A stretch of 64,000 nucleotides of DNA from Sphagnum compactum (lineage: Eukaryota), in contig OZ234493.1 of assembly GCA_965153455.1 (NCBI GenBank), positions 15,180,213 through 15,244,212 of the forward strand. Reading direction: 5' to 3'. Under the pieces are notes generated by a model that searched no databases, had not been told where the DNA came from, and worked only from the letters and a program-made list of their open reading frames with translations. The position numbers and the translations under genes are program-made. Below are positions 50,801 to 64,000 of this stretch, in pieces; the first letter of the stretch is position 1; every line of letters starts with the position of its first letter.

Positions 50801-53800
50801 ATGAAAATTTTAATATCTACTAAAATTTATATTTCATCATATGTTTTAATGATTATTGTTCTTCCAAAATCTTCATATACAAAATTGGAGATCTATATGA
50901 TTTTTTTGTTTTGGATAAGGTGATGCTTTGCAATTGACTAGAAGTGAAACACATAGGGTGTAACAAATAGTGGATTCATAGATTGCTAACACAAACATTG
51001 GTACCTTGTTTATTAATTGAACTAGTTGCTCACATTTATTCATAATGTGGATCTTAATACCCATAATGTCTTATTGAAAGAATGAATTGAAAATACAAAA
51101 AACTACTTGCATTCAAGATGACATCATCTACCAAAGAATTTTTAAAACTACACTATAATTATGAAAACATTTATTGAAAAATAACGTGGAGATATTATAA
51201 AACATTCATTATACATCAATGAGAATATATCAATACATCATAAAAGAATTGAATCGTAGAATCCAAATTTAAAAGTCTTTATACCATTCTTTTTTTGAAT
51301 AAGACCAAATTTGATAAAAACAATTTGTAATAGAAATGCATTCACATGTCTATGATGACATTTTTTGGTTCAAATGGGTGATATTTTCAAAATTACCAAA
51401 GTGCAAAAGTAGGAGAAGTTCAAAACAAAGGAAAAGTCAATATCCTAATCATGGCATATGATTTGAACCTTTAAAAAGACATATTAAATGACAAGCAAAA
51501 TCTAGTTTTGTTTAAATATATATTCATTAAAATAATTCCAACTTCAAAAAATTCCATGCATTCATTCAAGGTTTTTATTTCAATTTTGTACTAACGTAGG
51601 TTGGTTGGTGACCATCCACAAAAGGTTTTAGGCAAATTTGGCTACAAGTCAAAAAGTTAAGTAGCAAAAATTAGGAAACTTGCTATGTTTTTAAAACAAG
51701 TTATAAACTAATGTCTAAGTATGGTGATTTGAAAACTTTTTTCCTTAAAAATTGAAGAATGTTTTGAAATAAAAAAGGAACATTAAGACAATTTTTTTTA
51801 AAAAAATTCTATCATGTAGGTGGAATTTTGAACATAAAAGTATGTCTACATTCATTAGTTTGTGTTGAAATTAATGTTGTTTAATTTTTGATTTGAGACA
51901 AAACCTTTGGACCAAATTTTAACTATTTTTTTGTTTTGACAAAACCTTTAGTCCAATTTTGAGATTAGTTTTTGGATTTTTAAAACCTCTTGCTCCAATC
52001 ATTTGCACAAAGAATTTTGAACCAATTTAGTTTAAAAGAAAATTTAATTCCATCTTCATTATACATAACTAAACCAAAAAAATGCATAATATTAGTTTGT
52101 TCAATTAATGCACATGGTTCAAGATAGAGATTATGTAATATTAATTATGTACGACCAATAAAATGCAATATCTTGTTTAAAATGTAGGGCCAAGTTTTTT
52201 TTTTCTTTAATAAAATTGTTCTTATGTACTTAGAGAACTTGAAATTGTTTAACATGGAACAACACCTTCAAGTCAGGTTTTAATCCAATTATGAAATGAA
52301 GTTAGTTCCTTGGTTAGGTTCTACTATTAATTCCAAGAAAACTTGAAACATTTGATATGGAGACCCTAAAACTTGACCTATCACCTAGACTTAGCCTTAC
52401 ATAAATATGAAAAATGCCAACATTAGTTCAAACCAATGTTTAATTTCAACACATTAAACTTCAAACCCATCCTCAACATAACCTTTTCCAAATATGACTG
52501 AAGGTTGGAACAAAATTACCCACAAATACATAAAGTTTTATTCAATATAGAAGATTTCAAATTTCTAAAAATGTCATAGAATTAAGTGTCTAAAGTTTAC
52601 TTTGTTAGCTTTAGAATTTGGCATGACATTTGGTGTACATAAGGGAAATTTATTACATATGATTATTTGGATGTTAATTTAGACAACTAATTCTTTGACT
52701 TTTGAACTAAACAATGAAAGAAAAAAATTGAAGGATTTTATTATTATGTATCATTTTCATTTGCCATATAATATTTTTAAATGTAAATTTTCATTGTCAT
52801 TTAGAAATTTCCTTGTTGAATTTCTAATTAGGAGGTGCAATAGAAATTTAAAACAAATTTCAAAAAGTAAGTTGAACATTGTTGATTTTGAAAATTATAT
52901 ATTATCTAATTTATGTGATTTAAACAACATAGGATAAAAAAACTAAAGATATCTTTAACTCATTCAATTTACCATATATTAAATTTAGTTTATCACTTGA
53001 ACTTTTCAATTGAAATTCACAAACCCCAAGATTACAAACCATGCAAATTGAACCCTATTTCATTTTTTTTTAAAAACACTAAAGGCCAATTGAAGCTCAA
53101 ATTATTCATATACAATGTCAATTAATTCTTTTAATGATTATGACTCCTTCACATTATTGGAAATTGACCATGAAAAGATGAAAAGTTAGGTATGAGAAAA
53201 AAAAAAGGTTTATTGCCAACTTTTCATCAAATCATGAGATCACACAAGTTGTTACAAATTTTATAATCTCTTATCAAGTTGTGACACATATTTTTGATAA
53301 GTTGCATTAAAGGTGCCAAATGTGCAAGCGATGTTAAAACATGTTCGCCATGACACCCTAACATTATATAGAGGGTAATTAATTCAATTTGGATGGGATG
53401 AAAAAGGCATTAATTGTGTGTGCTTAAATCCATCCTCCCATTAGTGTAATTACATGAGGGTTGTATTTAACTTTTTATATTTTCCAAGTATGGAACACAT
53501 GGGAATATTGCTCCCCATAACTACTTGAAGCAAACAAACATGACTTTTTATCAAAAGAACATCAGTTGCAATTGCAAATGCAAATTCTTCTTTAAACATT
53601 ATTACAAGCAATTAAGGTTTCATTTACAAAAATAAAGTATTTTTTTGTGCAACTTATTAATTTTGTAAACATTTCATGAACATCTTTTACAAGAAAAATG
53701 TTGTTAATTAATGAACTATCATCAACAATCAACAAATGCAAAAGAAAAAAAAGAAGTTAACATCCCATTTGTTCAATAATCTTTTTTTGAATTCATACAT

Positions 53801-55232
53801 ATAAGATGCATAAACAACACACCTTTGTTTCTCCCATTGATTTCATCACCTAATCCTAACAATGGGTGTAGATGATAATGTAATTCAATCCACTTAAAAA
53901 TCTTGGGCAAATGCAATGTACAAATTTCTCAAAGCATGGAAAAGATAATCAACCGTGATATTGGTAAGCAAGCATCATCAATATAACTAATAAATGGTCA
54001 AACAACAAAATTCACAAGATTTTATTTGATGTGTAAAAATTCATACAAGTTGAGTACACTTCCTCTTGTTATAACACACCACATCAACATGACACACAAT
54101 GGTTGTCCCATGCACACTTTCATCTTATATAAAATACAAAAGTCCAAAAGAAATTGCCAAGATTGCTTCTTCACAAAACAAATTTGAATTTGATAAAAAG
54201 ACAATGACTATCGTTAAGATGATAAAATTTCTCAAAATGTAGAACAAAATGCAAAACAAAATTTGGTTGGCATAAATTGCAAAAGCCAATTCAAAGGATT
54301 GTATCAACACCCTCCTTTTTGTGGCTGAAGGATTATTGATTTAAGCCAAACAAATTTTATTCCATGTTGGGTTGTTGATAATGATGCATTTTCACGCATC
54401 TCCATCTACTTGTTATAGGTTATAATTACAACATATCTTTTTTGTGTGACAATGGATATGTTGTTGCTTCCACAAATATTAGAAATGAACATCCCTTGTC
54501 AAAATACAAAGCATCGCATTTTAATAGACATATTTAAAATGTATTTCATTATGTTAGATTCCAATGCCGATGATAATTGAAATTGGTTTGAGTGAAAACA
54601 TGTAGAAGGTCCATTAAGGATTCTCACCATGACAATTTTGGACATCATCCACTTGACAATTATGAAAACATTTCATAACTACTTAACTATTTCATTCCTT
54701 TCACCAACTCATTTACATGGATATGAAAAAACAAATTAACATGTGCCTTTTCATAATTTGAATGAATTCAACTCAACAAAATTGTCAAAAGAATTCAATT
54801 GAAACAAATTTGAATTCAATTTGTATTGAATTGAATGTGATTAAATTCAATTTAAATTTCAATGAAAACATTAATCATGTTGAGTTCAAAGGAAAAGAAT
54901 ATTGTGTTCAGTTCAATTCAGTTCAATTTAAAATTTGAATCGAATTGAATTCAAATTCAACTGAGTTGCATTCAGTTCAAATTGCATTATGCAAATTCAT
55001 TCAATATCAAATTATTCAAATGGAACTTCATTTCTACATAATGACCTTGGTAGACATGTGTAATGTATTTTTAGGGCACCTTACAAGACGCAATTCTCTC
55101 GCCAACTCAGAACAAGAGATTTATCGTAAGGAAATAATGAATGTTTATCTAAGCTAATCTAGACCATCCATATTGTGCATGAAAATTTGGGTAAATGAAT
55201 TTGGGACTTCGGCCATTATGTAGGGGAAGGCA

Positions 55233-56077
55233 TCTAATATATTAAAGCAAACGTGGTGTCTGTCTGTGTGGACAAAAATTGGGCAGTGCCTGGAAGATTC
55301 CAGTCACTGCCCGTTTCATGTGGAGCTTCCCCAGATGTAACTTCCCCAGATGTAACTGACTCTAGAGAAAAAAGAAATAGGGGCAGTCTGATTTTTTGAG
55401 GCAAAAGATTTGGTAGACCAGAAAAAAAATATTTAGGCCTTGGACAGCCTAGAATCTTTTTTTTTTTTTTTTTTTTTTTTTTGTATTGACCGAGACTACC
55501 TTTTTTTTCTTTTAGCTACTGTCCGTCCCCATTAAGGGGATGGATGAAATGTCCGTCCGGCTTGATGACGAGACGGATTTAGGGGAAGACCAGAAAAAAG
55601 TTATTTAGGCCTTGGACAGCCCAGAATCAATTTATTTATTTATTTTTTTGTATTGACCAAGACTACCTTTTTTTTCTTTTAGCTACTGTCCGTTCCAATT
55701 AAAGGGATGGATGAAATGTCCGTCCGGCTTGATGACGGGACGGATTTTGGGGAAGCTTTTTTTCTTTTAGCTACTGTCTGTCCCGATTAAGGGGATGGAT
55801 GAAATGTCCATCCGGCTGGATGACGGGACTGATTTAGGGGAAGCTTTTTTTCTTTTAGCTACTGATCGTCCCGATTAAGGGGATGGATGAAATGCCTTCA
55901 CTCTGGGGGGGGGGGTCGATGGGTAAGTTGAGGATGAAAATTTTTTATGCTTTTGTTTTCATCATGTTCTCAATCTATTCTCATATGTTAAAAGTTTCTA
56001 AAAAAAACTAAAACATTAACCAAGTTTAAAAAAACCAGGGGACTTCACAGTGGCCAAAGGTCACGGGCACCCACTAG
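55233..56077 (+). mobile_element. Non-autonomous Helitron (845 bp)
   Basis: 5' end A|TCTAATATATTAAAGC. 3' end hairpin GTGGCC-AAA-GGTCAC (56050-56064), then 9 nt, then CTAG|T. It is inserted between A and T with no TSD. Confidence 0.85.
55415..55895. repeat. Internal tandem repeats of the Helitron (four ~88-bp units, two within a ~170-bp duplication)
   Basis: TTTTTCTTTTAGCTACTGTCCGTCCCGATTAAGGGGATGGATGAAATG-like units start near 55500, 55670, 55757 and 55846. AGACCAGAAAAAA..TTTAGGCCTTGGACAGCC occurs twice. Confidence 0.9.
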
Positions 56078-56229
56078 TTGACAATAGTGCCTTCCGCTAT
56101 ACAAAATAACTTATATTTTGCATCAATTCATCATCGCTAATAATGAATGCATAGGAACACAAAACCCAAGTTTAAAACCATGCTAAAATGTTTTATATTT
56201 AAATGATAACTTAAGAGGATGTTGGTATC

Positions 56230-56697
56230 CACCATAGACAAACCATCCAACAAGCCCAAAACCCAAAAATTGTAAAAATAAGGCCATAATTGCTTGAGAC
56301 CTCATGAATAACCCAAGACCCCCAAATAGGGACCCATTTCCCTTAAAATGTCGAAACCAAAGACCCCCAAATAAAGCCCTAAACATTTAGGATCTCATAA
56401 TCAAAGACCCCCAAATAAGGCCCCTCATACAATAGGACCTCAAACCTCAAAACCCAATGCTCTAAACCAAAAGACCCCTAAAATATGGCCCCTTGTCCCT
56501 GGGGGATCTCAAAACCCTAGGGGCCTGAAAAAGGCCCCCAAATGTAGGGCCCCTTATGATGCCTAAAATATCCAGGGGCCGCTTACAAGGGCTTTTATCT
56601 CTGGTCTGTGGCTCTGCCTAAAACCCTAATCCCTGAAACCCTACTGTGAGAAAGCTGTGAATGCCATGGCCTAAACCCTAATCCCTGAAACCCTAAT
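56230..56697 (+). promoter_or_regulatory. Probable promoter of the NOV-like gene: GGCCC-rich degenerate repeats plus telo-boxes
   Basis: Repeated AAGACCCCCAAATAAGGCCC-like units, and AAACCCTA(A) at about 56621, 56636, 56673 and 56688. Confidence 0.5.
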
Positions 56698-56884
56698 GAG
56701 GGAAAAGCTGTGCATGCCATTGCTGTTGCTGCTGGATGGCTGCACTGCTGCTGCTGCGGGCGATTTCCTCTCAATTGTGTCGGAATTCCAGTCTTTCGAA
56801 GTGCATCTAAGCTCGGTGGAGCAAAGAGATCGGGAGAGAAAGCTTTTTTCAAGAAGAAGAAGAAGTTGCAGCGCTTTGCTTGTG

Positions 56885-59800
56885 ATGAGAAATGGCTGGA
56901 ATGGAGGAGCACTTTACCATCTCCCTGGTTGGTCCTCTTCCTTGCAGTGGGATGCGCCACCTCCAGGTCTCTGGAGCTCTTCACAGATGTATCATCATGT
57001 GGGAGGAGGAGGAGCACCAGCACCAACACCAGTTATGGGGTGGCCTGAAGCTGGACCTTCTTTATGGGTCGCTGCAAACCCTTGGGAAGGATGGGGGGCG
57101 CCGTTCCAGCAAGCAGGTATGCGTCCTCCTCCCTTTCCACCTCCTCCTGTTTTGCGAGATGGAGGTTGGAGGGGACATGTGCAACAGAATGGGCACATAA
57201 TCTCTTCTGGAGAATCTTGTCCTGCATCGTATCCGCACCCTGATGTTAATGCTGGAGCAGCGAAGGTCTCAAACCCTCCTCCTGCTGCTGCTATCAGGTC
57301 TTCTCTATCACCCCAGTTTTCAGCTTCAGCTGCTCAGGAAACCAGCCGTGGTATACCGGGTTCTGGACTCACGGGGAACAGGAGTAGTCGGCAGGAGGTG
57401 GCAGATGAAGCTGCAAAGCGTGCTCAGGAAACCAGCCATATTGCACTGGGTTCTGGATTAACAGGGAACAGGAGTAGTCAGCAGGAGGTGGCAGATGAAG
57501 CTGTGAAATGTGCTCAGGGAACCAGCCGCTGTGCACCGGGTTCCAGGGTAACAGGGAACAGGAGTAGTCAGTTGGAGGTGGCGGATGAAGCTGCAAAACA
57601 GGCCTATGGTGAATCTCTTGCGGAAGGGAAGCACATTTCTGTTTTCAAGGTTTGTCAGGGCACTCTTTCTGCACTTGGTGTTTCGGCATTTGAGTTACTA
57701 GGGTTTCGAATGCAAGAAGTACCTTGCTTGCGCAATTTGGCTCTCATTGAAGGCAAGGTGTGGAATTCTTCTTTCTCTCTGCGATTTCCACCTTGCTATG
57801 CTTTTCAAAAAACAATTCAATTGGTGAGTCATAGCAGTTCATCTCTTCCAGGTGGTGTTGCCAGGTGAATGCCTTCATCCATTGTCATGTAGCGGGCAAG
57901 AGGATAACAACATTGTATGATCTTGGCTGTGATCTCATCCAAGAGGAAGGAGTATCTGATTTCGAAGACTTGGGGTTAGGTCCGCTCCTTTGTCACCCTC
58001 TTGTGATCCGCTATTTCTCCCCACCAGTGAAGGGTGATGTCCTTACCATCACCACCGAAGAGGTTATTCAGCACCTTGCAGATTACCTTGGTGAGCCAGG
58101 ATGTGGCACTCATGTTGATATCAACAAATTCATGGTGTATCTGCAGAAGGAGCGGAAGGCTCCAACCCCTGAGCACCTTGGTGTGCGGGTGCAAAGTCTT
58201 GGGTATGTATCATGGTCTTCTAGGTTCTGAAGCTTTCTTATTACTTGGCTTCAAATCCTATGCCTATGGTTACTGGCTTCAAATCTTTGTGAAACTCTTT
58301 TGCAGTAGTTGAAGTTGTGTCTGTGCGGAAATTAGGGGAATTGATGCACATAATTGTGGACCTGAAGGTTGCATCTTGCTGCTTTGGTACGAGCGAAAAA
58401 GGCAGAGGCAGACTTGATCAAAACCTGGAAAGGTTTGCCATGCACACAATTTGAGCTAACACATACATCAAGTGTAGTGGCAAGGGTGGCTCAATTTCTG
58501 TCATCTGAAAAGCAGCAAACAAAAGCTTTGGCTGGTCATCTGAAGCGCAAGAGGGAGGCTCTGAGTGATTCCTCAGATGATGAGACAGGCAGTTCAGGCA
58601 AGAAGGTTGCTGCAGTCAAGGAAGGAACAAGGGCTGCTGCTTGGATGCAGGAAATTGTGGAGAAATTGTCGGGTGCAAGCAAGGGTAAGGCAATTGGTCA
58701 CTTTAGCAATTGTCCTTATCCCTCAGCTGCTGAAGAGAAGTTTCGTGTGAAGAGGCAAAGAAAGTTAGAGGCAGAGCTTGAGAGAGAATCACCAGAGGCC
58801 TGCCACTTGACCTCAAAGGAGGTTGCAGAGTTCATCATGGTGCTGAAAGATATTTGCAGTGATCGCACCGTCGTACAGGTCCTGCACCACCATTCTTTCA
58901 CTTTGTCTAGTCATAAGTATGGAGAATGTTCCATACTTCTGAAGACATTTTTCAATTTGTCTATCAAGCACACACTCATTGATTTTGACCCTAACATGGA
59001 ACATGTTTTGTTTTTTGTTGCTGGGGATAAAGGTGCTGGAGCAGTTGTTGGACAACAGACATGCAAGTGCCCTCAAGTCCATGAATAAGGACCAGAAGAA
59101 GCTATTCAAAGCCAAGAAAAATAAACAGATGCAGCTATTCAGAGATTATCCTGGCTTGGGTCTGCTTTATGTTGCAGTATGATTTCTCTCCTAGTCTCCA
59201 GTCTGACTTGGAGACAGTTTCTAACTGTTGTGTTGTATGTGGGTTCTGCTGGCCTGATACGGTTCTCTATGTGCTTGATTGTGTTTCGCTGATCAATCTG
59301 TCCAAAAACTGTAGGACATGTATGAAGTTGAATGTGTTTTGGGTGTAGGTTATGTCTGTCAAGGTTGGACTTTGGGATAATATGTATGATGCTTCTGAAG
59401 AGGATACAAAGGAGGAGAAAATTGCAGTGTCTGAAGCATGCCCAGTCTTCATTGACCACACTCCAGACCCTCGACTAGCCCTTGATGTGACTAAGGGTCT
59501 GTCAGATGGTACTCTCCTGCCAATTTGTTTGTTTTGGTTTCATGGCATTCCACTCAGATAGTCCAGAGGACTGCAGCTTTTATGCAGGTGCAGTCAACGA
59601 GGCAAAGTCTGTGAGTGCCTAAATCTTGTACCTTTGAACAACTGAACATGCAGGATCAACTGGTGGGCTGCTTGAGCCAAAACCCTGCTTGAATACTGCA
59701 GTTCCTTTTCACCGTGTGCAAGCATTTGTGCACCAGGCAATATTTGCATCCGAGGCTGTTGAGCTTCCATCTCATGATGAACTTGCTGCCCTAGTATTCC

Positions 59801-62800
59801 AGCAGTTCAAAGTGCGAGGGATAGAAGAAGTCCTCAATGGCAGTTTCTGGGATTCCTTAGTAAAGCAATGCAGAGAGATGTGCCCTTTGACAGCATCCAA
59901 CAGACATATCTCTTTCTTAGGAGCATTGGTTCCCATCAGTGGGCAGAGTGAATGTCTGGAGAACCAACGTTTTGAGAATTCAGGAGTTCCAACAAAAGTT
60001 GGTGTTCTAGGCATCAAATCAATTCCCGATGCCTTACAATGTCTCAAGAATGCTCCTGTGCTAGCAGATCTCAGCCTCTGGTCACAGTGGAATACTGTCT
60101 TTGCCCCAACACTAGGCCCTCTTCTTGATTTCCTGGAGTGTGAGGGAACTGCCAGTGGAATCCATGCCATGGTGACATGTAATGGAGCAATTCTGAAAGT
60201 CAATGCTGCAGCGTCCGTTGATGGCTTTTTGGCGGCTGCAATAAGGGGTCATGAATTGATGTTGGCTGCAGAGCTTGTATCTCTAGTTGCAATTCATGGG
60301 GGTGTGGCCCACACACCATCAGCCCTTCTAAAGTTGCATACTGTCAAAGCTCTAAATGTACAATTAACTTCTTTGTTGGGCGAGTCACTGGGTGACAGAT
60401 GCTATGATAAAAGATCAGGAGCTCTATGTGAAACTGAGGTGAGAATCCGTACAAAGTTGATAAACAGGAACCATCCCCAAAATGGTTCTGCTGTATCCAC
60501 CAGCCTGGAAACTTCAGAGATTCTGCTCCCAAGTTCAAGTGAGAGATATCATGCTTCTGCTATCAATGCAGTGGCTTTGTTTGTACTGAAGGTTCTATGT
60601 GCTATACCCATTGAGCTTAGGGTATTTGCAGCTGAGATCTTTTTGGGCGCCCTCTCTACAGTGGTGTCAGATGCTGCCTCTATCATGTTGGGAGCATGCC
60701 AATCCCCAGAGCATTTCAGATTGCTTCATGGAGTGGGCTTGAGTCTGGGAGTACCTGAATGGATTGCACATTACAACTCTTATGTACTTTTACCTGGAAA
60801 TCGTGGAAAGTTGTGTGATGATGAGTTTGAGGTTCTCAGCTCTCAAACAGACATTTGTACTGCAGCTGCAGCACCTGAAAAGGGCCAAGGAAATTGTGAG
60901 GTCTGTTCTGGTATGCAGATGGAGCATATGGTGACAGGTCATGAAACAGGAGTACAAAGGACTGTGGATGTGGAGTCTGATGGTTTACTGGAATCTAGCG
61001 TACCAATAAAGTTGCCACCTGCTGCTTGTCCACTGTCTGAACTGCAAGGAGAAGAAATAGGTGAGCAATCAGTTGTACAGGCTGAGGATCCTAGCTTGGA
61101 TCTTCATGCTGGCACTGAGTTTGGCAGAAGTGAGTTTATTGAGGACCTTATGCATGAATCCCGAGCATCAGGAACAGATGGGTGCAGAGATGAGGCATCA
61201 GAGATTGTGGAAGCTATCCGTCGTGATGAATTTGGAGTTGGACAAGAGCTTGCAAGCCGAGAGCAAGAGTTGCTTGCCAGGCAGCATGCACGAATGGGAC
61301 GTGCTCTCCATCGTCTTTCTCAGGATTTGTACTCACAAGACTCTCACTTTGTTCTTGAGCTGGTAGGTTACCCTCTAAATTTCCTTTCTTCCTCAATTTC
61401 ACAGTGCTAGTGATGTGAATGGAGATCTTTCAGTTGATATGGTGATTGTAATATTATTACAAAATCTCATTACCAGGTTTTTCCATGTTTGTCATGAAGC
61501 TTTATGTGGTGGTAATATGCAATCTAATTGGCAGATCTTTATTGCATTTTTTCAGGTTCAAAATGCTGACGACAATAGTTACATGGCTGGAGTCGAGGCA
61601 ACATTGGTGTTTCTGGTCAAGCATGGCCACATTGTGGTTCTCAACAATGAGCAGGGGTTTACATCTGACAACTTACGCGCACTTTGCGATGTTGGCAACT
61701 CCACCAAGGCTGGCAACAATACTGGTTACATTGGCAACAAGGGTATTGGATTCAAGTCAGTCTTCAGGGTATGAATTTCCTTCATTCTTGAGTTTGTTGA
61801 GGCAGAGCTGATTGAAGAGTATCATGACCTCTTTTGTCCTCCCTTCTTATACCCTCACTTCCTGCTTTTGGTTTGTATTTGTCAGAAAGAGCATTTGGAT
61901 TGACCTTTCTAATGATGCCTTCTAATTTGCATGTTTTCATTCTGGTGGCGTAGGTCACAGACTCTCCGGAAATCCACTCGAATGGGTTTCACGTGAAGTT
62001 TGATATCACAGAGAGTGATCTTGGATTCATACTTCCTACTATCATACCACCATGTCATGATTGGGATTCATATGGAACATTGTTGCGGTTAATTGAGCAG
62101 AGAAGGGGCTGGTCAGGTGCAAAACCTGCAAGATGGAGCACACGGATTGATCTACCTATTAAGGCATCTATTCGAGAAGGTGCTGGGATGGACTTTTTGG
62201 CATCTAAGTTTGAGGATATTCATCCATCTCTGTTGCTTTTTCTCCATCGCCTGCAATGCATTGCAGTCCACAATGATCTCACTGGCTCAACTCAGGTGAT
62301 GTATCGTGAAGATCTGGTTAATGGGCTTGTTCGTGTGGCTCATGATGGACAACAAGTAACATGGTTGGTTGTGAGGCACCAGCTTCAGGCAGCAGTTTTT
62401 AGGCCAGGGATAACAGTCACAGAAATTGCTCTAGCATTCACTCTAAGACAACTTTCAAGCATGCTATATGAGGCCAGCCCTGAGCAGCAACAAGTTTTTG
62501 CATTCCTCCCTTTGAGGGCATATGGCCTTCGGTTTATTGTACAGGGAGACTTTATTCTACCTTCTTCACGAGAGGAGGTGGATAGGGACAGTGCATGGAA
62601 CCAGTGGCTCCGTTCTGAAATCCCTGAGGCATTTATGAAGGCCTCTGAGATGTTCAAATCTTTGCCATCTCTGGGAAGCCCAGGAAGAGCAGCTAGCCAA
62701 TTTATGCAATATGTTCCCCTAGAGGGGGAGGTGTTGGGATTTTTCTCTCCTTTGCCACGCATTATTCATGCACGTTTGCGAGGTACCCAATGCCTGCCTG

Positions 62801-64000
62801 TGGAAGGGTTAGAAGAGTGGACATTTCCATGTGTACTTGTGCAAGGTTGGAATGATGCTGTTCGTAAACTGATACCGGATACCATCTTGAAAGAGCATCT
62901 CGGACTGCAGTATCTGAACAAGGAAGTGCAGCTCTCTGATTCACTTGCCTCAAGCTTGGGCGTGCAGAAGTATGGAGTGCACATGTTAGTCGCATTGATG
63001 AAATCTCTTTGTCAAAAGAAGGGAGCTGTGGAGAGTTTGGGTCTAGAGTGGGTTGGAACTTGGTTGATTGCTCTTCATGACTCCTTGCTTGTCAAACAAC
63101 AGACAACCCACATTATGTCACAGCAGGACAAGGAAGCTTCTTTGTTAGGAGACCTTCAGAGTTTGCAATTCATCCCGTTAGTTGATGGATCATTCTCTTC
63201 TCTAACAGATGGAACCATCTGGTTTTCTAGTCATCGAATTGAAAATAGGTTTGTCACTGATGATTCCCTTTCTTGCTATCCACTCATTTTTGCAGAACTT
63301 AGAACTGCAGATCCCCTCTTATTCATGAATGAACATGAAGTTGAAGGCAGCACAGTGCTCAAAGCTGGAAGGGGCTCTTCCAAGGGGATTAATTTTGTAA
63401 ACTCAGGAAAGGTTAGGAGAGTGCTGCAGCAGCTGGGAGTGATGCCAATGTCAGCTCATGAGGTGGTGAGGAATCATGTGCTGCCAGCTATGGCAGAGGC
63501 AAATTGCTTGGGAAGAGACACACATCTTGTGGTGCAGTACTTAGCATATGTTAAGTGGCATTTACAATCTGGTTGCTCTAAATGCGTGAATGATAGGATA
63601 TATATGCAACTCAAGGAAAATGCCGCTATTCTCACAAGCAATGGACTTTGCCGGTTGAACAAGGGTAGTATCCATTTTGGTCTTGCAATGGGCAACCCCC
63701 TTGATGTGCAAAGTATTCTGGAGGGTACTTCAGTGGAGTGGAATGAGGTTGACACCAGCTATCTTCAACTTTCTTCTCCTCATGACATGACATCCGATGT
63801 TGGAAGCTGGCGGAAGTTTTTGAGTGGTCTTGGGGTGATGGATTTTGTGAAGGTGGTGCCCGTAGAGAGACAAGTATCAGACAAGGCTGCAAGTTTATGG
63901 CAAAATGTGATCTGGCAGGGAGATGGGTGGGCTCAGGGTGGCTGGATTGTCCAGGATTGGGAGTCACCAGAACTCATAGACATAGTGACTGCGGTGTGCA
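56885..64000 (+). CDS. NOV: Protein NO VEIN-like (Sacsin-type GHKL ATPase), 5' part; continues beyond the window
   Basis: IEGK|VNAFIHCHVAGKRITTLYDL, FEDLGLGPLLCHPLV, CPYPSAAEE, YPGLGLLYVA|VMSVKVGLWDNMYD, LSLWSQWNTVFAPTLGPL, EAIRRDEFG, RMGRALHRLSQDLYSQDSHFVLEL|VQNADDNSY, ALCDVGNSTK, GYIGNKGIGFKSVFR|VTDSPEIHSNGFHVKFD, FAFLPLRAYGLRFIVQGDFILPSSREEVD. The last exon is open from 61954 to the window end. The start codon is uncertain. Confidence 0.9.
57331..57600 (+). repeat. Three in-frame 90-bp (30 aa) tandem repeats in NOV exon 1
   Basis: AQETSRGIPGSGLTGNRSSRQEVADEAAKR / AQETSHIALGSGLTGNRSSQQEVADEAVKC / AQGTSRCAPGSRVTGNRSSQLEVADEAAKQ. Confidence 0.95.

Noticed and set aside
48150-54700. Short ORFs and coding-like patches in AT-rich DNA
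   Set aside because: Probably old transposon debris, but no motif could be assigned with confidence.
54750-55025. TTGAATTCAA-rich palindromic tract as a regulatory array
   Set aside because: It is low-complexity AT-rich repeat with no defined unit or boundaries.
55415-55895. Second CRISPR-like or ncRNA-like array
   Set aside because: No unique spacers; it is explained as internal repeats of the Helitron.

Overview
Eukaryotic nuclear DNA from a land plant. It has spliceosomal GT-AG introns, telo-box promoters and plant-specific gene families. The repeat content and gene style suggest a bryophyte such as Sphagnum, which is my inference only. Four apparently intact genes are present: (1) an intronless fusion of an uncharacterised N-terminal domain to a complete cytosolic-type peroxiredoxin II (4024-4851, +); (2) a 19-exon IDM1-like Tify/PHD/GNAT chromatin protein with a 3.8 kb repeat-rich acidic exon (6231-16325, -); (3) an AIG2-like gamma-glutamylcyclotransferase-fold gene (20652-22356, +); (4) a NO VEIN-like Sacsin/GHKL ATPase gene running off the right edge (56885-64000, +). 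A broken cinnamyl-alcohol-dehydrogenase-family gene lies at 46304-47880. The AT-rich middle (about 23-56 kb) is a transposon graveyard. It holds a solo LTR with a 5-bp TSD, a near full-length RTE-type LINE flanked by a 68-bp duplication, a canonical non-autonomous Helitron, a Ulp1-protease relic, a foldback-like array, a decayed multi-exon orphan gene and a ~53-bp mitochondrial LSU rRNA fragment. A CRE/R2-like retroelement remnant sits at the left edge. The best novelty candidate is the peroxiredoxin fusion locus, which also has two ~100-nt hairpins upstream of the ORF. No CRISPR array, intact tRNA or prokaryotic operon was seen. Exon coordinates were read by eye, and family assignments are from remembered motifs, not database searches.
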